The position numbers and the translations under genes were made by a program. DNA of 64,000 bases from Anaeromyxobacteraceae bacterium. GTDB taxonomy: Bacteria > Myxococcota > Myxococcia > Myxococcales > Anaeromyxobacteraceae. Within the stretch, counting starts at the first letter, position 1. Every line of letters begins with the position of its first letter. The stretch lies in assembly GCA_032654565.1 (NCBI GenBank), contig JAULAX010000015.1, positions 352,001 to 416,000 on the forward strand, given 5' to 3'. This document shows, one piece after another, positions 12,266 through 20,798 of the stretch. The notes under the pieces were generated by a model. That model had not been told where the DNA came from. It searched no databases and saw nothing but the letters and a program-made list of their open reading frames with translations.

Positions 12266-12882
12266 ACGCCACCGTCGCGCTGGGGCGCCTGAAGGCCCTG
12301 GGGATGCCGGCGGTGACCACGGCGGACGCCGCGGCCGTTCTGGGACTCCCCGTCGACGCCGCCAGCCACACCCTGCGCCGGCTCGGGAGCGCCGGGCTCC
12401 TGACGCCGGTCCGCAAGGGGCTCTGGGCTCTGCGTGAGCGACCCGAGCCGCTGGCCCTGGCGGAGTACGTCACCGCGCCCTACCCAAGCTACGTCTCCCT
12501 GCAGTCCGCGCTCTACCTGCACGGGATGATCGACCAGCTGCCGGTGGTGACCTACCTGGTGTCCCTGGCCCGCACCGCCCGGATCCGCACCGGGGTGGGC
12601 AGCTACAGCGTCCACCACGTGCGGCCCGAGTTCTTCGGCGGCGCTCGGCGGGATCCGGTCACCGGGGTCAGCCTGGCCACGCCCGAGAAGGCGCTGGTGG
12701 ACTTCCTCTACCTGGCGCCCACCCGGTCCCGCCTCTTCGCGGCACTGCCGGAGCTCGAGCTCCCGGCCCGCTTCAGCACGCGTGCGGCCCGCGCCTGGAT
12801 GGCCCGCATCCCGGCCGGCCGGATGCGCACCATGGTGGAGCGGGAGTTCGAGCGGGTGGTCGCGAAGCCCGCCGAGCGCTGA
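12262..12882 (+). CDS. abiEi: AbiEi-family antitoxin (type IV TA)
   Basis: N-terminal wHTH (LRRLGSAGLLTPVRKGLW), SYVSLQSALYLHGMI, ATPEKALVDFLYL; GTGA coupling. Confidence 0.85.
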   Translation: MNATVALGRLKALGMPAVTTADAAAVLGLPVDAASHTLRRLGSAGLLTPVRKGLWALRERPEPLALAEYVTAPYPSYVSLQSALYLHGMIDQLPVVTYLVSLARTARIRTGVGSYSVHHVRPEFFGGARRDPVTGVSLATPEKALVDFLYLAPTRSRLFAALPELELPARFSTRAARAWMARIPAGRMRTMVEREFERVVAKPAER

Positions 12883-12895
12883 TTCGCAGCCGCTC

Positions 12896-15439
12896 CTACT
12901 TCAGCAGCTCCTCGGTCATGCGCCGCTCCGCCTGCGCCGCCCGCGCCTTCGCCAGCTCGTCGAGCCGGGCCTGGTAGTCCTCACGCCGCTGCCCGGGCAG
13001 CGACGAGGCGCGCTCCACCGCGGCGATGGCGTCGTCGATCCGCCCGCCCTGCTGGCAGTACGAGGCCAGCGCCATGAGCGGCCAGGCCGAGTCGGGCAGC
13101 GCCGTCACCGCCGAGCGGGCCCGCTCGATGGCCTCGCCGAGCCGACCCTGGGCCCCGAGCGTGGCCGACACCAGCAGGTGGCGCAGCGCCTGCTCCTGCG
13201 GGGTCCGCGCCGCCATCGACTCCGCCAGCCGCCGGGCCTCGGCCGGCCGCCGCTCCGAGAGCGAGCGGTAGACCAGCGCCTCCACCAGCGCCGGCGAGCC
13301 GGGCGAGAAGGTCAGCCCCCGCTCCAGCGTGGCCCGGGCCTCGTCGTCGTACCCCTCGGCCACCAGCACCGCCGCCGCCACCCGCCAGCCCTGCGGGTCG
13401 CCGGGGGTCTCGACGGTGCGCCGCCGCGCCACCTCCAGCGCCTCCTCCAGCTCGCCGGCCGCCTGCAGCGCCCCGGCCAGCGGCACCAGCGCGCGGGCGT
13501 CGAGCGAGCCCTCGACGGCCCGGCGGAAGACCGAGGCGGCGTCGAGCGGCCGCTGCCGCGAGAGCAGCAGGTAGCCGAGCGACACCAGCCCGTCGCCGGT
13601 GTCGGGCGCCACCTGCAGCAGCTCCTCGACGGCGTCGAACCGGTCGGCCGCCTCGCCGAGCGCGGTGGGCGAGCCGTAGAGGAGCGCCAGCCGGTACTCG
13701 CGCCGGGCCAGCGCCCCCTGGCCGGCGGCGGCCAGGCAGCGGGCGGCGTACTGGTGCGGCTCGGGCGCGGTGGGGTTGAGCGCCATGGCGCGGGTGAGCC
13801 AGGGCATGGCCGGGGCGCAGCGCCCTTCCAGCACCCAGCGCGCCCCCACGATGGCGGCGGGGACGTAGTCGGCCCGGTGCCAGCGCAGCGCCTCGTCGGC
13901 CAGCACGGCCGCCGCCGCGGCGTCGGGCGCGCGGGCCACCGCCAGAGCCTCCTCCTCGGTGGGGTGGGCTCGCCAGAAGGCCGCCCCGGCACCGGCCACC
14001 AGCAGCGCCGCCGCCACGCCGGCCGCCAGCCAGCGCCAGCGCAGGCGCGGACGCCAGCTCAGAAGTCCGCCCAGCCGCTCGCCCGCCTGCCCGCCCAGCT
14101 GCTCGCTCGGTCGCTCGCTCAGCCGCCCGCCCCCGTCGACCCTGCCGTCGCCCTGTCCGTCGCCGGCCCCGCGGCCGCCCCCCCCGCCCTCTCCGCCGCG
14201 CGTGAGCAGCCCGAGCGCCACCATGAACGGCACGCCGACGCCGCTGAACTCGAGCGAGAAGTCGACCAGGTTCTGCGCCGCCACCGCCGCGGTGCCGGCC
14301 AGCAGGCCGACCTCCACCGAGGAGAGGTCGCGCCGCCGCGCCGCCGCCAGCCAGCCGAGCCCCAGCGTCACCAGCAGCAGCAGGCCGACCGGCAGGCCGA
14401 GGTCCACCAGCGGCTGCAGCCACTCGTTCTCCAGGTGGGTGAAGGTGACCGCGGCGGGATCGGTCTTGAGGGCGGGGAAGACGGTGGCGAACGAGCCGCG
14501 GCCGATGCCACCGAGCGGGTGCTCGCGCAGCAGCGCCAGCGCCGGCCGCCAGAGCTCGAGCTTGACGTCGTCGCGGGCGGTCCGGAGCGTGGAGAGCTCG
14601 CGGACCACCGGCTCCAGCGCCAGGTAGGCGACCGCGCCGAGCGCCACGGTGAGCCCGGCCAGCGCCGCCCAGCGCCAGGGGTGGGGCGGCTCGCCGTCGG
14701 GCCGGACCTGCCAGGCGGCCAGCAGCAGGAAGACCGCCACCCCGCCGAAGAAGGCGCCGATGCCGCCGCGCGAGAGCGAGACGAAGAGCGCCGCCACCAC
14801 CACCACGAAGCACATCAGCCAGAGCAGCCGGGCCTGGCCGTGGCGGCGCAGGGCCAGCCCCAGCACTGGGAAGGCGGTGAGGCAGAGGAAGCCGGAGAGG
14901 TGGTTCGGGTTCACGAAGGGTGCGCGCGGCTCGAGCAGCGGCCCGAGGCCGAGCAGCGCGGCGCCGAGCACCACCAGCGCCACCGCCAGGCCGGAGAGGC
15001 CGAAGGCCACCAGCACCAGCTCGCGGCGGCGGCGGGTGCCGGCCACGGCGAAGCCGGCCAGGAAGGCCAGCAGCTTGGCGGCGGCGCCGGCCAGCTCGCG
15101 CCCGGAGGCGGGAGGATCGAGCGAGATCGCCACGCCGCCGGAGAGCGGGAGGAGCTGCAGCGCGCTCCAGGCCAGCACCAGGAGGAGCGGAAGGGCGGCG
15201 AGGGGGAGGGGGATGAGTTGCGCCACGGGCTGCATCGGTACGGATGGCTGCACCGCCGCCGAGGCCCTCTCCCCGCCGCGGGTGAGCAGCAGCAGCGCCG
15301 CCCCCGCCAGCGCCGCCGCGACGAGCTGCACCGACAGGTCCACGCCGCCGCGGGCCAGCGGAGCCGCCACCACCAGCGCGGCGAGCACCCAGGCACCGAT
15401 GGTGGAGGTCGAGGTGGAGGAGCGGTGGCGAGGTGGCAT
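12896..15439 (-). CDS. O-antigen ligase/Wzy_C-family membrane protein with C-terminal TPR repeats
   Basis: PFVNPNH, SLSRGG, GIGRGSF, HLENEWLQ motifs followed by TPR-like helices; start uncertain. Confidence 0.85.
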   Translation of the reverse strand: MPPRHRSSTSTSTIGAWVLAALVVAAPLARGGVDLSVQLVAAALAGAALLLLTRGGERASAAVQPSVPMQPVAQLIPLPLAALPLLLVLAWSALQLLPLSGGVAISLDPPASGRELAGAAAKLLAFLAGFAVAGTRRRRELVLVAFGLSGLAVALVVLGAALLGLGPLLEPRAPFVNPNHLSGFLCLTAFPVLGLALRRHGQARLLWLMCFVVVVAALFVSLSRGGIGAFFGGVAVFLLLAAWQVRPDGEPPHPWRWAALAGLTVALGAVAYLALEPVVRELSTLRTARDDVKLELWRPALALLREHPLGGIGRGSFATVFPALKTDPAAVTFTHLENEWLQPLVDLGLPVGLLLLVTLGLGWLAAARRRDLSSVEVGLLAGTAAVAAQNLVDFSLEFSGVGVPFMVALGLLTRGGEGGGGGRGAGDGQGDGRVDGGGRLSERPSEQLGGQAGERLGGLLSWRPRLRWRWLAAGVAAALLVAGAGAAFWRAHPTEEEALAVARAPDAAAAAVLADEALRWHRADYVPAAIVGARWVLEGRCAPAMPWLTRAMALNPTAPEPHQYAARCLAAAGQGALARREYRLALLYGSPTALGEAADRFDAVEELLQVAPDTGDGLVSLGYLLLSRQRPLDAASVFRRAVEGSLDARALVPLAGALQAAGELEEALEVARRRTVETPGDPQGWRVAAAVLVAEGYDDEARATLERGLTFSPGSPALVEALVYRSLSERRPAEARRLAESMAARTPQEQALRHLLVSATLGAQGRLGEAIERARSAVTALPDSAWPLMALASYCQQGGRIDDAIAAVERASSLPGQRREDYQARLDELAKARAAQAERRMTEELLK

Positions 15440-15530
15440 GGCGGTCCGGGGAGTGTAGACCAGACCGGGCAGGGCTCCGTTCAGGTTGCGCCGCGGGATT
15501 CTGGGGAGGCACGGCTGCGTCGGCCGCGCG

Positions 15531-15602
15531 GGCTGAACCGGCTGAACCGGCTGCACGGGCTACACGGGCAGCGGGGGCTGCACGGGCTGCACGGGCTGAA
15601 CC
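15531..15602. repeat. Tandem repeat, 8 degenerate 9-bp units (consensus GGCTG(A/C)AC(C/G))
   Basis: ggctgaacc x2, ggctgcacg, ggctacacg, ggcagcggg, ggctgcacg x2, ggctgaacc. Confidence 0.85.
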
Positions 15603-15668
15603 GGCGCAGCGTGCGACGCGACGCCCCCGTCCGGGACTCGCAGGTTCAGCCGCACCCGGGATCTGCCT

Positions 15669-17628
15669 TCACGCCACTGCCACCGCCACCGGGCCGCTCC
15701 AGGCGAGCCGGCCCGGCGCCTCACCGCGGACGCGGATGTAGCCGCCGTGCACGCCGTGGAGGTGGTGGCCGGCGCAGAGGCTCACCAGGTTCTCGGGCTC
15801 GTCATCACCGCCGTGGGACCGGTACTCCACGTGGTGGACGTGGATGGCGGCGCGGCTGCAGCCGGGCACCTGGCACAGGCCGCGATCGCGCTCGAGGACG
15901 CGCTTCTGGACGGTGTTGCGCTCCTTCAGCAGCGGCTCCCAGGTGGCGATGAAGTGGTCGGCGATGCGCTCCAGCGCTTCGGAGGGGGTGATGAAGCGGC
16001 TGGTGCCCTGCCAGGCGCGCTGCGCGCTGCGACGTGCCCTGCGACGGGTCCAGCGAGGCGTCCGCCTGAGTGTCCCGCCGAGCGTCCTGCGACGCGGCCA
16101 AGAGGGCCAGTTCGAGCAGCTCGGCGACGTGGACGGGCATGCGGACGATGCGCTGCCCCTGCGCGCACATCTGCGCCTCTTCGACGGCCTCGGCCTCGCG
16201 CGCCAGCTCGATGCAGGTGCGCTCCGCGGCGCGGGCCAGCCACTCCGGGAGGGTCGCCTCGGTGGCCTGGAAGGCGACAATGCGGGCCTTCTCGTAGCTG
16301 ATGCGCCCCTCGCGCAGGGCCACCCGCAGCTCGGGCAGCCAGTAGAGGCGCCGTTCGAGCGCGATGCGCTGGCCGATGTTCCGCTCGGAGAGGCCGAGCC
16401 GCTCGGTGCAGTAGTGCTCGAAGCTGACGAACTGCATGTCGCGCCAGAGACCGGACTGGCGCACCAGGAAGGCGAGGTGGCCGAGCAGCTCGTCCCAGCG
16501 ATGCTGCAGGGATCGGAGCCGCCGCAGGTCGGCGTCGAGGCGGAGGAGATCGACGGCCGCCGCGCATCCGGCCTCCGGCGACCCGTCGGTCCACGCCAGA
16601 ACGACCGACAGCGAATGACCCGTCGCGCCAGCGCTCGCGGTCACGCTCCCACCCGCCGCGGCGGTACCTGCAGCCGCGCCCGCCCCCGCCGCCCCGCCTC
16701 CCGCGACGTCCCCGTCGGCCGCCCCCACCCCCCGCGGCGCCGGATCGAAGCTGCGCAGGAACTCCCACTGGCGCGACTCGTGCTCCAGCCAGACCTTCAG
16801 CTCGTCGAGCTGCTGGCCCGACGGGGCGTGGTCGAGCCACTGGTAGGCGCGGCGGATGCCCGGCGCCACCTCGGCGGGAGGCTCCACCGGGTGCGAGCCC
16901 AGGTACTCCTCGCAGACCGCCTCGAGCCGCTGCCACGGCGGCGCGGTGGCCCCGAGCAGCTTGCCGGCCAGCGCCAGCGCCCGGTCGAGCTTCGGCCCGG
17001 ACTCTCCACGCACAGTGAAGCCGACACGCTCCCAGCGCTCCTCCTCGGCCTCGGCGCCGGACGTGTCGCCGAGCGCCTCGCGCACGCCGGCCGCCAGCGA
17101 CCGCACGGTCTCCTTCCTGGCGCGCGCCACCCAGGCGGCCTCGTCGGTGCCGCGAGCCACCGCGACGATGGTCTCGGCCTTGCGCGCGGTGACCGCGCCG
17201 GACTCCACCGCGGCGCGGAGCAGCGGCCGCTCGGCGAGGTTGGAGGAGAGGCGGGCCAGCTTCTCGGCGGTGCTGCCGGCGACGCCGAGCCGCTCGCGGG
17301 CGTAGTCGCGCAGGCCGGAGAAGCCGAGCCGCAGCAGCCGGTCGCCGACCAGCAGCGTGGAGAGGCCGGCGCCGAGGGCGAGGTCGAGCGGGCCGCGGCC
17401 GCGGACGACGCGGACCAGCAGCCGGTCGAGCAGCAGGGCGGCCTCGGGGCGAAGCAGGTGGCGGCGCTCGTCGGACGGCACCGGCAACAGCGTGGAGGCC
17501 ACGGCGGCGATGGAGGCGTATTCCGCGCCGAGGTCGGCGGAACGGCCCGCGCGGAGGTCCAGGCCGGGGGCCGGGCCGGGGTCCAGGCCCTGGTCCGCGA
17601 CCGCCGCGATCTGGAGCGAAACGCTCAT
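15669..17628 (-). pseudogene. DUF222-like tandem-domain HNH endonuclease, frameshifted by a 7-bp duplication
   Basis: Two internal repeats (GFSGLRDYARERLG..AVESGAVT..KA; FVSFEHYCTERLG..ALREGRISYEKA) in one frame; HNH (RDRGLCQVPGC..HH...NLVSLCAGHH) in another; GCGCTGC x2 at 16017-16030 links the frames. Confidence 0.8.
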
Positions 17629-17639
17629 TCCCGCTGGGA

Positions 17640-17675
17640 TAGCACTATTCCTGACAACTGAACAGGCGTATCGTA
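17640..17675 (-). promoter_or_regulatory. LexA-box-like site and TGTCAG-N9-TA motif upstream of the HNH gene
   Basis: Minus strand CGATACGCCTGTTCAGT matches 15/17 of the M. xanthus LexA consensus CTRHAMRYBYGTTCAGS. Confidence 0.5.
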
Positions 17676-17790
17676 CATGCGCCCCAAGAGGGACCCCACC
17701 CCCACGCCCACCCCCACCCCCGTCCCCCCGCCCTCCCGTCCCCCCGCCCTCCCGTCCACGGCTCCCCGGCAAACGGGGTCTCGCCGTACC

Positions 17791-17924
17791 GCCCTGGTGT
17801 GCTCAATCGTCCGCATCCAGGTCGGCCATCACGTCCCTGACCGTGGCGTGGGCCTTGAGGCCACCGCGGCGCGCTTCCTTCATCGCCGCCCGGGTCCCGG
17901 GGTTGGGGACACGCAGCTCGAACG
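17791..17924 (-). pseudogene. Remnant of the dinJ 3' end / yafQ 5' end
   Basis: Near-identical to 20041-20174. Confidence 0.85.
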
Positions 17925-17931
17925 CGCCTTC

Positions 17932-17945
17932 ATTACCATGGTAAT
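17932..17945. promoter_or_regulatory. Palindromic operator upstream of vapBC
   Basis: Perfect 14-bp palindrome ATTACCATGGTAAT 9 bp upstream of the antitoxin ATG. Confidence 0.65.
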
Positions 17946-17954
17946 ATACCGTCC

Positions 17955-18218
17955 ATGACCATCGCCCAGTCCAGGCTCACGTCGCAGGGGCAAGTCTCGA
18001 TCCCGGCCGAGGTGCGCCGACGGCTCGGGCTCGGCCCCGGGTCGGTCATCGAGTGGGACCAGGTCGGCGAGCAGATCCTGGTCCGGCGGGCGGGGCGCCA
18101 CTCCTCCGCCGAGGTGAGCGCCGTGCTCTTCCCTGCCGGAGCCGGGAAGCCACGCAGCCTCAAGGCGTTGAAGGCGGGGATTCGCGCCCACGTGAAGCGC
18201 CGCCATGCGCGCGGTTGA
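17955..18218 (+). CDS. vapB: AbrB/MazE-fold antitoxin
   Basis: SRLTSQGQVSIPAEVRRRLGLGPG AbrB motif; overlaps the PIN gene. Confidence 0.85.
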   Translation: MTIAQSRLTSQGQVSIPAEVRRRLGLGPGSVIEWDQVGEQILVRRAGRHSSAEVSAVLFPAGAGKPRSLKALKAGIRAHVKRRHARG

Positions 18219-18585
18219 CACCAACCTGCTGGTGCGGCTCCTGGCCCGCGACGACGCCAGGCAGGTCGCCGCGGCCGAGGCCTTCGTGGCGCCAGGAGCC
18301 TGGGTCTCGCACCTGGTGCTGGTCGAGGCCGTCTGGGTGCTCGACTCGGTCTACGGGCTCCCGCCGGCCAGGCTCGCCAGCGCGGTCGAGCTGCTCCTCG
18401 AACACCGCGATCTCACCATCCAGGACGCCGACGTCGTGACCCGCGCGCTCGCCGCCTTCCGCTCCCGGCCGGGGCTCGGCTTCTCCGACTGCCTGGTCCT
18501 CGAGGTGGCGCGCCAGGCCGGCCACCTGCCGCTCGGGACCTTCGACCGGGCGCTCGCGAAGCTGGATGGCGCCGAGCGGGTCTGA
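18205..18585 (+). CDS. vapC: PIN-domain toxin
   Basis: AVDTNLLVR, LVEAVWVL, FSDCL, TFD acidic PIN residues. Confidence 0.9.
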   Translation: MRAVDTNLLVRLLARDDARQVAAAEAFVAPGAWVSHLVLVEAVWVLDSVYGLPPARLASAVELLLEHRDLTIQDADVVTRALAAFRSRPGLGFSDCLVLEVARQAGHLPLGTFDRALAKLDGAERV

Positions 18586-18610
18586 GAGAGAACCAGCGCC
18601 GCCTGAACCG

Positions 18611-18645
18611 CCCGGCGCGCACATCTGCGCCGCCTCGCCGGACCC
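18611..18645. repeat. 35-bp intergenic repeat R3, copy 1
   Basis: cccggcgcgcacatctgcgccgcctcgccggaccc, also at 19738, 20574 and (30 bp) 23976. Confidence 0.9.
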
Positions 18646-18790
18646 CCTCCCCCTCCGCGATCTTCAGGGGAGTTCCGGGCCAGCGCCTCGCAGCACGCTC
18701 CACGCCACGACGATCCAGATCGTGTGCCTATCCGGGTGGCTCCACCGCCCGCGCTCCGCTATCGTCCGGGGTCATGGGAGGTTCGCAGCC

Positions 18791-19012
18791 GTGCGCCATC
18801 GCCACCTGAACCACGAAGACCTCACCCCTGCTGCGATCGATGACATCATCGACCGCGGCCGATGGGCCGACTGGGGTGAGCTTCGGGTCGCGGCGCTCGA
18901 CTCGCCCGAGGTGCTGAGGACCATCGTGCGGGTGTGCGAGCCACGCATCCAGGACCCCTACGCCCAGCGTCACCACTTCTGGAGGCTCTATGCCCAAGCC
19001 CGCCTTGCCTGA
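18791..19012 (+). CDS. Small protein, probable antitoxin of the downstream AbiEii-like NTase
   Basis: GTG start MRHRHLNHEDLTPAAIDDIIDRGRWADW; overlaps the NTase start. Confidence 0.65.
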   Translation: MRHRHLNHEDLTPAAIDDIIDRGRWADWGELRVAALDSPEVLRTIVRVCEPRIQDPYAQRHHFWRLYAQARLA

Positions 19013-19727
19013 GTGGGAGGATGTCCTCTCGGCCGCGGCACGCTTGCAGGAGATCCTGCCGGAAGCCGTGCTCGTGGGCGGCACCGGCGCGGCGCTGCAC
19101 GTTGGCCATCGCATCTCCGTGGATGGCGACCACGTCCTGACGGACCTCCGCTCGCACTTTGATGAAGTCCTGGCGCAACTCGAGAGCGTGGCGGGATGGA
19201 AGACCGCCCGGGTTCAGAGGCCCGTTCAGATTCTCGGGAGCCTGGACGGGATCGACACGGGGGTTCGGCAACTCCTTCGGACCGAGCCCCTGGAGACGAC
19301 CGAGATCGAGCTCCAGGGGCAAAGGATCCGGGTTCCGACAGAGCCCGAGATGCTGCGCATCAAGGGTGTGTTGATTCTCAAGCGGAACTCCACGCGGGAC
19401 TACCTCGACTTCGTGGCCATCGCGGACCACCTTGGGGATGAGCGGAGTGCAGACGCACTTCGGTCGTTCGACCGGCTCTATCCGCAGGCGTCGGGTGAGT
19501 CGGCTCTTCATCAACTCCACGTTCAGTTGGCGACTCCGTTGCCCTTCGACCTGTCGAAGACGAAGCTCCCGGAGTACAAGCACCTGGCCGTGCGGTGGCA
19601 GAACTGGGAGGCGGTCACCGATCGAGCCGCGAAGCTCGCCAGGACCCTCTTCGACAAGTTGGCAGTGGCGCCGCCGGGGCGGGCCCCGCAGCGGCCACCC
19701 CGGGGGCGCGGAGGGCCGGGTCTCTAA
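18990..19727 (+). CDS. AbiEii-like nucleotidyltransferase toxin
   Basis: VLVGGTGAALHVGHRISVDGDH, EMLRIK..RNSTRDYLD. Confidence 0.8.
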   Translation: MPKPALPEWEDVLSAAARLQEILPEAVLVGGTGAALHVGHRISVDGDHVLTDLRSHFDEVLAQLESVAGWKTARVQRPVQILGSLDGIDTGVRQLLRTEPLETTEIELQGQRIRVPTEPEMLRIKGVLILKRNSTRDYLDFVAIADHLGDERSADALRSFDRLYPQASGESALHQLHVQLATPLPFDLSKTKLPEYKHLAVRWQNWEAVTDRAAKLARTLFDKLAVAPPGRAPQRPPRGRGGPGL

Positions 19728-19737
19728 GCCCGTCGGG

Positions 19738-19772
19738 CCCGGCGCGCACATCTGCGCCGCCTCGCCGGACCC
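19738..19772. repeat. Repeat R3, copy 2
   Basis: Identical 35-mer between convergent stop codons. Confidence 0.9.
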
Positions 19773-19784
19773 TCACCGCCGCGC

Positions 19785-20066
19785 TCACCCGAAGAGCTCG
19801 GAGTGCGACCCGAGTCGCACCAGCTGGAGCGTCACCTCGTCCGGCTTCCGATAGATGAGCACCAGATCCGGCCGCAGGTGGCAGTCCCGGTGATCGCTCC
19901 ACTCGCCCGAGAGCTGGTGGTCCCGGGACGCGGTTGGCAGCGGCCGGTCGCCCGCCAGCAGCGTCACGACATCGTGAAGGAGCGTGTCCAGTCGCCGACC
20001 GTGGACGCCGGCGCGCTCGCGCTTCCAGTCCCGCCGGAACGCCCTGGTGTGCTCAATCGTCCGCAT
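19785..20066 (-). CDS. yafQ: YafQ-family mRNA interferase toxin
   Basis: RDHQLSGEWSDHRDCHLRPDLVLIY..LVRLGSHSELF. Confidence 0.92.
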   Translation of the reverse strand: MRTIEHTRAFRRDWKRERAGVHGRRLDTLLHDVVTLLAGDRPLPTASRDHQLSGEWSDHRDCHLRPDLVLIYRKPDEVTLQLVRLGSHSELFG

Positions 20067-20316
20067 CCAGGTCGGCCATCAAGTCCTTGACCGTGGCGTG
20101 GGCCTTGAGGCCGCCGCGGCGCGCTTCCTTCATGGCCGCCCGGGTCGCGGGGTTGGGGACACGCAGCTCGAACGGGAGCGCCTGCTCGGCCGCCACCCGG
20201 GTGAGCAACACCCGGACGGCGTCGGAGATCGACAGCCCCATCGCCGCCAGGGCCTTCTCGGCCCGGGCCTTCATCTTCTCGTCCACCCTGACGTGGACCA
20301 TCGCCGTGGTCGCCAT
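20053..20316 (-). CDS. dinJ: RelB/DinJ antitoxin
   Basis: VHVRVDEKMKARAEKALAAMGLSISDAVR..LPFELRVPN; overlaps yafQ. Confidence 0.9.
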   Translation of the reverse strand: MATTAMVHVRVDEKMKARAEKALAAMGLSISDAVRVLLTRVAAEQALPFELRVPNPATRAAMKEARRGGLKAHATVKDLMADLDADD

Positions 20317-20344
20317 GAGTGACATTGTATCTCACGTGACCCGA

Positions 20345-20486
20345 CCGGTCGAGTTGAGACGGCCGGGCCGCAGGCCCGGGTCCAGGCCGGCCTCCGCGCC
20401 GGGGTCGGCGGCACGGCCCGCGCCGGGCACCATGCCCGGGTCCGCAACCGCCGCGATCTGGAGCGATACGCTCATTCCCGCTGGGA
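20345..20486 (-). pseudogene. Second copy of the 5' end of the HNH gene
   Basis: Encodes MSVSLQIAAVAD.. as at 17628; ~20440-20486 nearly identical to ~17592-17639. Confidence 0.75.
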
Positions 20487-20547
20487 CGTCGGCGCCGGGC
20501 AGTTCAGCGACCGCTCCTGGGCCTCCTGGCACTACCGGCTCGGCCTC
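20483..20547 (+). repeat. 65-bp direct repeat R4, copy 1
   Basis: gggacg..cgccgggcagttcagcgaccgctc..gggcctcctggcactaccggctcggcctc, also at 26176-26240. Confidence 0.88.
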
Positions 20548-20573
20548 TCCGGGCTGGAGCATGTCCCTCCGCT

Positions 20574-20608
20574 CCCGGCGCGCACATCTGCGCCGCCTCG
20601 CCGGACCC
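20574..20608. repeat. Repeat R3, copy 3
   Basis: Identical 35-mer directly after the stop codon of the 20609 ORF. Confidence 0.9.
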
Positions 20609-20767
20609 TCACCGCGCCGCTTTCAACCGACGCAGGAGCTCGTCCGGCGAAATGCCCTTGCCGTTGGCGATCTCCTCCTCGGCCATGGCGAGCGCCGCGT
20701 GCAGCTGGGTGCGGTCCACGTCCGACATCACCTCGAAGGGGTCGCGGCCGTCGACACCTGCCGTCAC
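20609..20767 (-). CDS. Short antitoxin-like peptide or remnant
   Basis: RTQLHAALAMAEEEIANGKGISPDELLRRL resembles the C-termini of ParD-type antitoxins; no toxin follows. Confidence 0.4.
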   Translation of the reverse strand: MTAGVDGRDPFEVMSDVDRTQLHAALAMAEEEIANGKGISPDELLRRLKAAR

Positions 20768-20798
20768 CCCGCCCCGATACTCACCCGCGTTTCCGCCC

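Noticed and set aside
14040..14200. Gly-rich insertion in the O-antigen ligase
   Set aside because: In-frame low-complexity linker with no further signal
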